A DNA stretch of 64,000 bases from Clostridiales bacterium DTU072 (GTDB taxonomy: Bacteria; Bacillota; Clostridia; Christensenellales; DTU072): the NCBI GenBank assembly GCA_001512685.1, contig LFSG01000028.1, forward strand, positions 2,374-66,373, given 5' to 3'. Position 1 is the stretch's first letter. Every line of letters starts with the position of its first letter. Of the stretch, positions 16,673 to 27,700 are shown in pieces. The position numbers and the translations under genes are program-made. The notes beneath the pieces were generated by a model that was not told where the DNA came from, ran no database searches, and saw nothing but the letters and a program-made list of their open reading frames with translations.

Positions 16673-17032
16673 CTATCTTTTTACTTTAACGATAACTTTC
16701 AAATCGCCTATTTTCTTATCCAGATGGTAGACGGGAACTGTATACTCGCCGGCCGAATCCTCGGAAAGATTGTTTTCGTCGTCGAGCTTATCCTCAAGTT
16801 CGGCCTTGTCAAAATAAAGGTTGTTCTTCACGTCTCTGACGCTGCCGTCGGACAAATAACAATTGATAGCCACTTTGGAAACATCAAATTTGTCGCCTTC
16901 TATAAGCTCATAATCCTTAATCTCATACCTGACTATAGTTAATTCATCATCCTTATCGCCGCAGGCAATAAAAGCGAAGGACATAATTATTATTAAAGTC
17001 AACGCTGATACGAGTAAAAACGCCTTCTTCAT
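16673..17032 (-). CDS. small hypothetical lipoprotein
   Basis: 119 aa. The signal peptide is MKKAFLLVSALTLIIIMSFAFIAC with lipobox IAC. The stop lies 7 nt upstream of the proS start. Confidence 0.55.
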   Translation of the reverse strand: MKKAFLLVSALTLIIIMSFAFIACGDKDDELTIVRYEIKDYELIEGDKFDVSKVAINCYLSDGSVRDVKNNLYFDKAELEDKLDDENNLSEDSAGEYTVPVYHLDKKIGDLKVIVKVKR

Positions 17033-17059
17033 GTAATTCTCCTTTTAATTTATAAGTTA

Positions 17060-17089
17060 ATTATATAATGTTTATATTTATTTTGTCAA
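17060..17089 (-). promoter_or_regulatory. sigma-A-type promoter candidate for the lipoprotein-proS-lipoprotein cluster
   Basis: The minus strand has TTGACA (17084-17089), an 18-nt spacer and TATAAT (17060-17065). An AAAGGAGAA Shine-Dalgarno precedes the ATG at 17032. Confidence 0.5.
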
Positions 17090-17133
17090 TATCATTAAAA
17101 AGACAGCCGTATTTTAATAATAAAACCGCAAAA

Positions 17134-19632
17134 TTATACGCCGTCTTCGGTTTGTCTCACCGCAAATTTGCAATTGTTAAGAGAGGTTACTTTCTTTCCC
17201 TTTGTCGTTCTGGCCTCGATAAAAATATCCTCGGTATCCACTACTTCAAATTTGTTATCCTTGTCCACCATAACGATTTTATAAGGGTCGGTAACGATTG
17301 AAGCGTAAACCACTTTGTCGGCTTTTGACAAATCCATGATTTTTAAACCCTTGCGGTTGCGCTTCATGATATCAATATATGCTATTATCAGCCTTTTGGC
17401 GTGCCCGTTGTTGTTTATCACAACCAGCTCCCCAAGCAAATCCAAGGTGTTTTCCTCAAAGCCTTCCTCGCCTTCGCATTGACCTGCGAAAATCACATTG
17501 GCGTTATCGTTGAGATTGATTCCGATAACCCCGCCCGCTTTCCTGCCTTGCAAGGGTATATCGTCGGTTTCGGCGTTCACGCACACTCCGTCATCGGCAA
17601 CAAAGATTATGGTGGCATTTTCCATTTTCTTTTCGGCGCCTATGACTTCGTCGCCCTTTTTCAGCACTATTGCTTGATAAATATCTTTATTCACGATATA
17701 TTCTTTAAGCGGGCTCTTTTTTACCATGCCGTTTCGGGTGTAAATATATATTTCGTCATCATCTTTAATGTTTTCGCCCGCAACCAATATGCTGACGGCT
17801 TTTTCGTCTTTTTGAGCGTTCGCAAAGACTTCATGCAATTCATAAGCTTTATCCGTCCATTTGCTTTCAAGCATGGTTTCGGTATTTAATTTAATGCAGT
17901 TGCCTTTATTGGTGAAGATAATGGCGGTGTCGCTTTTATCGACATAAGCGACTGCTTTCGCCAATCCGTCATATCCTGAAGATTCCGCGTCTTTATGCAC
18001 GCTCATAAAATTCCTGGCATTAAGGAATTTAATCCCGCCTTCAGCGCTTATTACCGCATAGCCGCATTTGCCGCTGCCTTTCAAAGCCTCTTCGCAGGGG
18101 TCTATAATGATATCGTCAATGCTGTCCACGATTAAGGTAAGTCTCTTGGTTTTATACTTATTGCGGATTTCCAATAACTCCTCTTTCACGACTGCGGACA
18201 ACTCTTTTTCCGAATTGATTATTTTGGTCAGTTTTCTGATTTTCTCTTTAAGCTCTTTAAGCTCTTTTTCAAGCTTAGTTATTTCCATTTTTGTAAGGTT
18301 GACAAGACGCATATCCAGAATGGCGTCAGCTTGATTGTCGCTGATATTAAATCTGTCTTTTAGTTTGATTTTTGCGTCCGTTCTGGAATTGCTGCCCTTG
18401 ATTATGGCTATCACTTCGTCAATTTGCGGAAGAATAATAATAAAACCGTCCAGTATATGTTCCCTTTTCTTGGCGACATTCAAATCATATTTGGAACGGT
18501 TAAGCACTACGCTTTTTTGGTGCTTTATGTAGTATCGCAAAATTTCGATAAGCCCCATTTGTCTGGGTTTGCCGTCGGCAATGGCAATCATGTTGGCGTT
18601 AAAGTTGCATTTCAAATCCGTTCTTTTATACAAGTATTCCACGATTTTTTTGGCGTCCTCGCCTTTTTTGAGCTTAATAACTATTCTTATGCCCGTTTTA
18701 TCGGATTCGTCAAGTATTTCGGTTATGCCGCCCAGAATGTTGTCGCTCTTGCCGTTTTTCGCCGTAAGCGAATCACGCAAATTAAGTATCCTTTGCTGCA
18801 AATCGGCCTTGTTAACATTATACGGTATTTCGGTAATGACTATCTGCTGTCTGCCGTTGTCCGTAATTTCTATTTCATATCTTGCCGCCATGGGGATTTG
18901 AGCCTTGCCCGTGGAATAAAGCTCTTCCAGATTTCCTATTTCTATGTATCCGCCCCCGGGGAAATCCGGTCCCTTGATAATCTCCATTAAACTTGCAAGA
19001 CTGATGTTGGGATTATCTATCATGGCTATTGTGCCGTCTATTACTTCCGTAAGGTTATGAGGGGGTATTTTGGTTGAAAGCCCGATTGCTATACCCGAAG
19101 CGCCGTTCACCAATAGATTGGGGAATCTGCCGGGGAGCACTTGGGGTTCCATAAGCGAATCGTCAAAGTTTTTCCCCCACTTTACGGTATCTTTATCAAG
19201 ATCTCTTAACAATTCATAAGCAAGGGGCTCCAGCTTGACTTCGGTATACCTCATGGCCGCCGCCCTGTCGCCGTCAATTGAACCGAAATTCCCGTGCCCC
19301 TTTACCAAGGTGTTTCTCATATTGAAGTCCTGCGCCATATTTACCATGGCTTGATATATGGAAACATCGCCGTGCGGATGATATTTGCCCAAACAATCGC
19401 CTACTACCCTTGCCGATTTTTTGAAAGGACCGTCCGGCTTAAGATTCATTTCGTACATTGTATAAAGAATGCGGCGCTGAACGGGCTTAAGTCCGTCTTC
19501 CACCCTCGGCAAAGCCCTGTCCAAAATTATATATTCGGCGTAAGGCATCATATATTCATGAATGGCCCTTGAAAGCGGCCTTTCAATAATCTTTTCTTCA
19601 AAATTTTCTTCCACGATTTTTTTTGCGCTCAT
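17134..19632 (-). CDS. parC: type IIA topoisomerase subunit A, topoisomerase IV ParC-like
   Basis: 832 aa. Motifs include [22 protein letters not shown] and the catalytic AAMRYTE tyrosine motif. I could find no GyrA-box (QRRGGKG-like) at the start of the C-terminal domain, which favours ParC over GyrA. Confidence 0.75.
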   Translation of the reverse strand: MSAKKIVEENFEEKIIERPLSRAIHEYMMPYAEYIILDRALPRVEDGLKPVQRRILYTMYEMNLKPDGPFKKSARVVGDCLGKYHPHGDVSIYQAMVNMAQDFNMRNTLVKGHGNFGSIDGDRAAAMRYTEVKLEPLAYELLRDLDKDTVKWGKNFDDSLMEPQVLPGRFPNLLVNGASGIAIGLSTKIPPHNLTEVIDGTIAMIDNPNISLASLMEIIKGPDFPGGGYIEIGNLEELYSTGKAQIPMAARYEIEITDNGRQQIVITEIPYNVNKADLQQRILNLRDSLTAKNGKSDNILGGITEILDESDKTGIRIVIKLKKGEDAKKIVEYLYKRTDLKCNFNANMIAIADGKPRQMGLIEILRYYIKHQKSVVLNRSKYDLNVAKKREHILDGFIIILPQIDEVIAIIKGSNSRTDAKIKLKDRFNISDNQADAILDMRLVNLTKMEITKLEKELKELKEKIRKLTKIINSEKELSAVVKEELLEIRNKYKTKRLTLIVDSIDDIIIDPCEEALKGSGKCGYAVISAEGGIKFLNARNFMSVHKDAESSGYDGLAKAVAYVDKSDTAIIFTNKGNCIKLNTETMLESKWTDKAYELHEVFANAQKDEKAVSILVAGENIKDDDEIYIYTRNGMVKKSPLKEYIVNKDIYQAIVLKKGDEVIGAEKKMENATIIFVADDGVCVNAETDDIPLQGRKAGGVIGINLNDNANVIFAGQCEGEEGFEENTLDLLGELVVINNNGHAKRLIIAYIDIMKRNRKGLKIMDLSKADKVVYASIVTDPYKIVMVDKDNKFEVVDTEDIFIEARTTKGKKVTSLNNCKFAVRQTEDGV

Positions 19633-19641
19633 ATATTAAAG

Positions 19642-21591
19642 TCAACCTCCGTATTTTAGAGCAAACTCATCTTGTTTATTAAAATTGGCGTACTTGAAAA
19701 TATAGTCTTTTCTGATTTGCGAATCGTCGTTCAAAAAGGTATTAATAATTTTGTCGGCTTCTTTGGCGTCTTCCATGGTAACTTTGACCAAAGTCCTTGT
19801 CTTTGGATTCATGGTGGTTTCCCAAAGCTGTTCGGCGTTCATTTCGCCCAAACCTTTATATCTTTGTATGGTGTAGCCGCTTTTCATTTCTTCCACAATG
19901 GCGTCAAGCTGTTTGTCGGTATAAGCGTATTTGATTATATCCTTTTTCTGTATTTTATAAAGAGGGGGCATGCCTACGAATACTTTGCCTTCGATAATCA
20001 GTTCTTTGGTCAGCGTATAAAATAGCGACAGCAATAAAGACCTGATATGGTAGCCGTCTTGGTCGGCGTCTGACAGAATAATAATTTTCCCGTACCTTAA
20101 ATTATTAATGTTAAAATCATCCTCGGTGTCTGTGCCCAAAGCGGCTATTATGGTTTTTATTTCTTCATTTTCGTAAATTTTTTCTTTTTTATTGACTTTA
20201 AGAATATTTAGAGGTTTGCCCCGAAGCGGCAATATGGCTTGAAACCTTCTGTCCCTGCCTTGTTTGGCAGAGCCGCCCGCCGAATCTCCCTCTACGATAA
20301 ACAATTCGTTCAATTCCGAATCCTTGCCCGTACAAGCGGCATATTTGCCTACCAATGAAGCGCCCATCATGGCGTTTTTTTGGCGCTGCTGCTGCTTTGC
20401 CTTCTTGGCGGCTTCCCTTGCCCTGCAAGCGTCGATTGCCTGCTTTACGATAAATTCCCCGATGCTTTTATTTTTGCTCTTTTTTAAGAACTCCTCCAGC
20501 TTTTCGTTTACTATGCTTTCCACAAGCGTTTTGGCGTCGGGATTCCCCAATTTGGACTTGGTCTGTCCCTCGAATTGGGCGTTTTGCATTTTTACCGCAA
20601 TGACCGCGGTAAGCCCTTCCCGAAAATCTTCGCCCAGCAGATTGTTGTCTTTGGGTTTAAGATAATTATTTGCCCTTGCGAAATCGTTCATGCATTTTGT
20701 CAGCGCGCTCTTAAACCCTGTTTCGTGATATCCGCCTTCAATTGTGGGAATATTATTGACAAAGGAAATAATGTTTTCGGTATAAGTCTTTGTATGCTGA
20801 AAAGCTACCCGCAATAAGAATTTATCGATTTGCCCCTCCAAATATATTGTCTTATTCTTTTCAACATCTTTGGATTCGTTAATGTAATCGACAAAATCAA
20901 CCAATCCGCCTTGATAAAAAAACTCTTCAACTTGCGGGTTTTCGCTTCTTCTGTCCTCGAAAGTAAATTTAATGGAGCTGTTCAAAAAAGCCAAATCTCT
21001 AAGTCTGCTTATAATATTCTCGGCGTCAAAGGTCTCATTGCCGAAAACGCGCTCATCGGGCATAAAGGTTACTTTTGTGCCTTGTTTTTTTGTGGTTCCT
21101 ATTACCGTTAAGGGGGTTTTTATTATTCCGCTTTTGATTTTGCCCTTTATTACGGGAGAATGGAATTCAATGCGGTGTATTTTATTATCCCTATAGACTT
21201 CCACATTCAGCCATTCCGACAAAGCGTTTGTAACGCTGGCGCCCACGCCGTGCAAGCCTCCGCTGTATGTATAATCCTTATTGTCAAATTTTCCGCCAGC
21301 GTGCAATTTTGTAAAGACTATTTCCACGCCCGGCATTTTTAAGACGGGATGAATGTCCACGGGAATGCCCCTGCCGTTATCTTCGACGGTGGCAGAGCCG
21401 TCTTCATTAATGATGACATCTATCTTGTTTCCGTATTTGTTGGCGATTTCATCAACGGAATTGTCTATTATTTCCCAAAGTATATGATGAAGTCCTTTTG
21501 AGCCTGTGGAGCCGATATACATCCCCGGCCTTAACCGTACCGCTTCCAACCCCTCCAGAACTTTAATATTTGTCGATTCGTATTTAGCCAT
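19642..21591 (-). CDS. parE: type IIA topoisomerase subunit B, ParE-like
   Basis: 649 aa with a GHKL ATPase N-terminus (LEAVRLRPGMYIG, HHILWEIIDNSVDE), the Toprim EGDSAGGSAKQGRDR motif and PLRGK. It lies immediately upstream of the A subunit. Confidence 0.75.
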   Translation of the reverse strand: MAKYESTNIKVLEGLEAVRLRPGMYIGSTGSKGLHHILWEIIDNSVDEIANKYGNKIDVIINEDGSATVEDNGRGIPVDIHPVLKMPGVEIVFTKLHAGGKFDNKDYTYSGGLHGVGASVTNALSEWLNVEVYRDNKIHRIEFHSPVIKGKIKSGIIKTPLTVIGTTKKQGTKVTFMPDERVFGNETFDAENIISRLRDLAFLNSSIKFTFEDRRSENPQVEEFFYQGGLVDFVDYINESKDVEKNKTIYLEGQIDKFLLRVAFQHTKTYTENIISFVNNIPTIEGGYHETGFKSALTKCMNDFARANNYLKPKDNNLLGEDFREGLTAVIAVKMQNAQFEGQTKSKLGNPDAKTLVESIVNEKLEEFLKKSKNKSIGEFIVKQAIDACRAREAAKKAKQQQRQKNAMMGASLVGKYAACTGKDSELNELFIVEGDSAGGSAKQGRDRRFQAILPLRGKPLNILKVNKKEKIYENEEIKTIIAALGTDTEDDFNINNLRYGKIIILSDADQDGYHIRSLLLSLFYTLTKELIIEGKVFVGMPPLYKIQKKDIIKYAYTDKQLDAIVEEMKSGYTIQRYKGLGEMNAEQLWETTMNPKTRTLVKVTMEDAKEADKIINTFLNDDSQIRKDYIFKYANFNKQDEFALKYGG

Positions 21592-21625
21592 TCAACCTCC
21601 GCAAACATCAGTAAAATCTTGCTTC

Positions 21626-21654
21626 ATGATACCATAATTATGTGTCTATGTCAA
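21626..21654 (-). promoter_or_regulatory. sigma-A-type promoter candidate (extended -10) for parE-parC
   Basis: The minus strand has TTGACA (21649-21654), a 17-nt spacer ending in TGG, and TATCAT (21626-21631). Confidence 0.5.
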
Positions 21655-21732
21655 TTTACATATGCTTATATTATCAATAGAAACGGGCAAATCAAGGCTT
21701 AAAAAAGCATCTATCAGTAACTACAAAAATAT

Positions 21733-21761
21733 GTAAAAAAATGCCAAACATTTGTTCGGCG
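21733..21761 (-). terminator. intrinsic terminator after the 2450-aa gene
   Basis: The minus strand reads GCCGAAC-AAAU-GUUUGGC, a 7-bp stem with one G-U pair, followed by AUUUUUUUAC. It lies 21 nt after the TAA stop. Confidence 0.65.
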
Positions 21762-21781
21762 TTTCAATAATTTTTTTGCGA

Positions 21782-24700
21782 TTAATCTGCCGTAAGTTGC
21801 AAACAAATTGAAGGCCTTATGCCGTAATACGGCAATGTTATATTGTTGCCGTTTGTATAAATCTTGCCTTCCGCCCCTACATACGCGGCGTATTTTGAAT
21901 TGCTTCCCGCCGAGTAAAGCCACCATATACCGTTTCCGCTTTCGTTCGCGTAAGCGCCCCTTGCTTTGGCGTAATCGGTAACCTTGGCGATTCTGTTGTT
22001 ATCCGCATATCCGTAAGAAGAATTGAATCCGTATTCATTATTAAGCATTTCCTCAATGGACATAAGTCTTACATTGTCATATACCGCGTTGCCGCTTTGG
22101 GTGTTATGGGCGGGATTGACGCTTGTTTGCGTGAGCGAATTAACTACATTGTCAAAACTCCCGTTAAAAGCGGCGGAATAGAAAGCGTCATTCAGCCACG
22201 TTCTCAATTTGCTGTTTTCCCAAGTTATAGATTGATATAAATCATTATACGCTCCTGCGTCAAGTATTATATCGGCAAGCAATGTCGCTTTGCCTTCGGC
22301 ATAAGTAATTACTCTCCATCTTATGGGCTCCACCTTATAATATTTGCCGTCCAGCAAAGCGTATCTCATATTGTCGTAAGAGCTTGTGTAATAACCGTCT
22401 GCGTCGGCTTGAGAGCCCATTTGGGCAACAGCTTCGTCTATGGCCAAAGATTGAGGATATTCTCCAAAATACAGATAATAGCCTGCTTGCTCCCAGCGGG
22501 CGTACAGAGTAACATCCGCTTTGTCCTGACCATGAATTATATATATGGGTTCGCCTTCAAAATTCGGATTGTCGTACCAGCCTAAGAACATATATCCCGC
22601 TCTGGAAGGATTTTTCAGCGCGATATCATTATCCTCTAAGTAATACGGGGGATTTTGTTCATCGTTTGCGCCGCCGTTAAGATGATAAGTAATTCTGTAC
22701 GCTATCATAAATTTGGCGTAAAACGCCTTGTCGCCGCTTTCTCCCAACGGAATTCCGCTTACCGTATCCCCTGCATAATCGGGGTTGTCGTACCAACCCA
22801 TAAAGATATGATTGGCTTTATGCGGCGCAAGCAAAATTATTTCGTCTTCTTCAGTATATGTTTCGGGATTCAAAACGTTGTTTTCGCCATCGTCAAGGTA
22901 ATATGTAATTCTGTATGCCAACAAGAATTTGGCGTACAGTATCATATCGCCCGTTCTGTTTGCTATTTGGATAACAGGCTGTCCTTCAAAATCAGGATTG
23001 TCGTACCAGCCCATAAAGTTATAATTGGCTTTTGTGGCTTTTTGCAAAATTATATTCGTTTCAATGGTGTATTTGTCGGGATTGTCAAGATGGTTTATGC
23101 CCCCGTCAAGGCTGTAAATTATATTAAAGCTTATGGGAATCCATTTTGCGTAAAGATTGAGTTCGCCGTTTCGGTTTTCAATTTTCGTAATGGGATTTCC
23201 CGTAAAGGAGCTGTTTAAGTACCAGTTTTCAAAGATATAATATTCTCTTGTGGGCTCTTCCAATATGTATTCATCTTCGTATGTGTAGGAATGAGGATTG
23301 CTTGCGGCGTTAACTCCGCCATACAGATGATAATTGATATTGTATATAACGGGAGTCCACAACGCGTAAAATTCTTTGTTTCCCCAGCTTCCGCTTGGAA
23401 TTCCCGTTGCCGCTTCCCCTTCGAAATTGGCGTTATCGTACCAGCCTTGGAAGATATAATAGCTTTTTAGAGGCTCTTCCAAAATGATATTTGAGCTTTG
23501 TATATTATAGCTTGTCGGATTGTAAATGGAATTTACGCCGCCGTCAAGATAATAAGTGATTTGATATGTGATTACCTCCCATTTGGCGTAATATTCCCTG
23601 TTCCCCACGCTTCCCATGGGAATAACCTCTATGGGCACTCCTTGATAGCCGGCGTTATCGTACCAGCCTTGGAAAGAATATCCGTTCCTTACGGGCGCTT
23701 GCAAATTAATATTGTCGGTTTCCACGGTATATGTCGCTGGATTCGGGTTTTCGCCGTCGCCGCCCAAATGATATATTATGCTGAATTCCTTGGGAGACCA
23801 TTTGGCGTATAAATTAATATCGTCGGTCGTTCCCGAAGGAATAAGCGTTATTGGCTCGGTGGAGAAATCCGCCGAAGTATGCCAGCCTTCAAATTCATAA
23901 TAATCTTTTTGGGGGGCTTGCAATATTATGTCCGAAGACAGCTCGGTAAAGCTTGGAGAATTCAAGGGATTGTTTACTCCGCCGTTTAAGTTATAATTGA
24001 TAAAGTATGTAAGCGAGAATCTTGAATATAAATGTAAATCTCCTGTTCTTCCCGTAATCACGGTTATTTTTTCGCCTTCAAAATCAGGGTTGTCATACCA
24101 TCCAATAAAAGTATAATAACCTTTAACCGCGCCTTGCAAAGTTATATTGCTGTCCACATTATATGTGGCGGGGTTGGAAGGGGAATTGCTGGCTCCCGAA
24201 TCGCTATGATAAATAATATTATATTCGATTAAATCCCATTTGGCGTAAAATATCCTATTGCCCACGCTGCCTTTGGCTATGCCCAAAACGCTTGAGCCGC
24301 TGTAAGCGGGGTTATCGTACCAAGCGACAAAGTTCGCTCCCGCCTTTTGCGCATCGCCAAACACTATGGTTTCGCTTTCAATGGTGTAGGTCAGCGGATT
24401 GGAAGGATTGTTTACGCCGCCCGAAAGCTCGTAAGTTATCGTATAGACAATGGGCTGCCATTTGGCGTAAAAAGTTAAATTGCCTGTGGAACCCGATATT
24501 ATTTGCTCAATGCGGTTTCCTGTAAAATCAGCGTTGTCATACCACCCCAAAAACTCATAATATGTTCTGCCCGGTTCGTATAATTGCAGTGTGGGGCTTT
24601 CTATGTTGTAATCGGTGGGGTTGTTTATATTGTTTATGCCGTTGTTCAAAACATAGTCAACGGTATAGTTTATTATTTCCCATTTGGCGTAAAGATTCCT

Positions 24701-27700
24701 TAATCCCGAAGAACCTTCGCCCACCCGCGTTATTGGGTCTCCCAAAAAGTTGGCGTTGCTGTACCAGCCTTCAAAGGAATAACCTTGTCTGGTGGCGGGA
24801 TATAAGTCATAGTTGTCTTCAACCGTAAAGCTGAGGGGATTCAAAGGCGAGTTAATCCCGCCGTTAAGTATATAGTTCAATTCGTTAATAAACAGGAACT
24901 TCGCAAAAAATTTCAATTCTCCCGTTATTCCCGCCTCAACGCCGTATACTTGGGTATCAAAAGTCGCTTCCGCGTACCAGCCTACAAAAATATAACCTGT
25001 TTTTACGGGGTCTTTCAGCGTAAAGCTGTCTTCAACCGTGTAAACGTTGGGATTGTCGGGATGATTAACGCCGTTATCCAGGAAATAAGATACCGCGTAC
25101 TGCTGCAGAAATTTTGCGTGGAATGTCTTATCTCCCGTGCTCCCCGCGGGGATTTCCGTTATTATTTCTCCGTTGAACTGCGCGTTGGCGTACCAGCCCA
25201 TAAATACAAATCCGCTTTTTATGGGCTGTCCCAATATAATGGTGTCATCGTCTTGGGTATAAGTGGAAGGTTCGTTATGGTAGCTGCCGCCGTTAAGTAT
25301 GTATGTTATATAATATGTCAATGAGAATTTGGCGTAAAATGTTTTGTTTCCTTCCGAGCCTGAAGGTATAACGGTAATAGGCTCTCCCAGAAATTGCGGG
25401 TTGTCATACCAGCCGATAAAAGTATGGTCAATCTTTGTGGGAGAATAAAGAGTAATGCGCATATCTCTAGTGTATGTTTCGGGATTGTTATAATTGTTTA
25501 CTCCGCCGTTAAGCACATATGTGATGGTATATACTTCGGACAGCCATCTGGCGTAAAGCGCTTTATTCCCCACCGTTCCCGCTTCAAATCTAGTAATAGG
25601 CGTTTTCTCATCCAATTCTTCATTAGATAAATTGGAGGGATCAAAATCGTACCACCCGCCGAATGTATACTCTTCCCTGACGGGATCATGGAAAATTACC
25701 GTGTCCAGCGCCGTATATGTTGTGGGATTAAGCGGAGAATTTATGCCGCCTTTTAAGTTATACTCGATTATATAAGTCTTTATTTCCCATTTGGCGAATA
25801 AATCAATATCGCCATGGCTGCCTTCTTCTATGGCGGCTATGGGGGCGTTATTGTATTCCGCGTTGTCATACCAGCCCAAAAAATCAAAACCGTTTCTTGT
25901 CGGGGTTTTCAATTCAAAACTATCAAATATGGTATATTGGGAAGGATTCAAGGGATTGTTTTCGCTGCCCGATAAATGATAAGTTATGGTATATTGACGA
26001 GGCTCATACAAAGCGTAAAATTCCTTAGCGCCGCTACTTCCGCTTTCAATTTGCGTTATGGCATCTCCTTCAAAATCAGGGTTGTCATACCAGCCCAAGA
26101 AAACAAAGTGCGCTTTTTCGGCATCCAGCAATACTACGGTATCGGCCACCGTATACGACGAAGGACTGTTTGTTGTTCCGCCGTCCAAATGATAGGTAAT
26201 ATCGTATTGAATAATCTCGTATACCGCTTCTATTGTCAAATCTCCGCTCATGCCGCTTATTGCCTGAATTTCTTCTCCATCCAGCTGCCAATAAAGGAAG
26301 CGGTATCCGTCTCTGGGTATGGCGGGTTTAAGGATTATTGTTTGGTCTTGTGTATAGGTTGAAGCGTTGTCGCTGTCATTTTGTCCGCCGTCAAGCAAAT
26401 ATGTTATATGGTATATTTTCAAGAATTTGGCGTAAAGATTAATATCTCCCACGCTGCCATGCTGAATGCTGTTAATGGGGTTTCCTTCAAAGCTTCCATT
26501 ATTGTACCAGCCCTTGAAGCTATACCCTTCTTTCGATGCGGGCATCAAAATAATGCTGTCGTCTTCCACGGTATAGCTTGAAACATTATACGGGTGGTTG
26601 CTTCCGCCGTCAAGGTGATAGTTTATATCGTAAACTATTACTTCAAAAAGCGCGTATACGGTTATATTGCCTTGGCTGCCAAACGATATGCCCGTTATCT
26701 CATTGTCAAAATCCTCGCTGTCATACCATCCGATAAAGGTGTAGCCGATTTTGGCGGGGGATTCAAAAATAATTTCTTCTGTTTCCACATAGCCGCTTGG
26801 ATTCAAAGGATTATTTTCGCCGCCGTAAACAACATAAGTTATGCCGTATTCAATAAGGAATTCGGCATATAAAACTATATTCCCCGAAGTTCCCTGCTCT
26901 ATTTCGTCAACGGCATCTCCCGTAAATCCCGCGTTGTCGTACCAGCCTATAAATCTGTAACCCGTTCTTAACGCGGGATATAGAATAAAGCTGTCCTTTA
27001 TCGTATAATTGGACGGGTTTTTGGCGTCATTTATTCCGCCGTTTGTTTGGTAGGAAATGGTGTAAAGCTGAAGGAATTTGGCGTAAATAACCACATCCCC
27101 CGTGCTGTTTTGGGGTATTTCGGCGATAGGATTGGTAAAATCGGCGTCGGTATACCAGCCGTCAAACTCATAGCCCGCCTTGGTGGGATTATAAAAGATA
27201 ACGGTATCGTTAATCGTATAAGTCTGCGGGTTGTTCAAAGCGTTATTGCCGCCGTCAAGGTGATATGTAATGGAATAAGCGGTGGGCGTCCAAGCCGCGT
27301 ATAGAGTTCTGTCTCCCACGCTTCCCTTGGGTATCATGGTTATTTTGTTGCCGATATGATTTATGTTGTTGTACCAACCCTCGAATGTATAGCCATGCTT
27401 GTAAGGAGCGGTCAGCACGATATTTTCATCTTCTATGGTATAGCTTGCGGGGTTTGTGTTATCTGTTCCCCCGTCGAGATAATATGTAATGCTGTACTCA
27501 ACGGCTTGCCATTTGGCGTATAAAAACACATTTTGATAAGTTCCCGTTGGAATAGATGTTATCGGCTGGCCTTCAAAACTCTCGTTGTCATACCAGCCCA
27601 AAAAGATATATCCCGTTTTTTGGGGATCGTATAAAGTTACCGAGTCTTCAATGGTAAATACAATTTGATTGTCCGAATGGTTTTGTCCTCCGTCCAAATA

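Noticed and set aside
16666-17133. A T-box leader upstream of proS.
   Set aside because: Only 7 nt separate proS from the upstream lipoprotein gene. The roughly 100 nt before that gene lack specifier-loop or T-box consensus elements.
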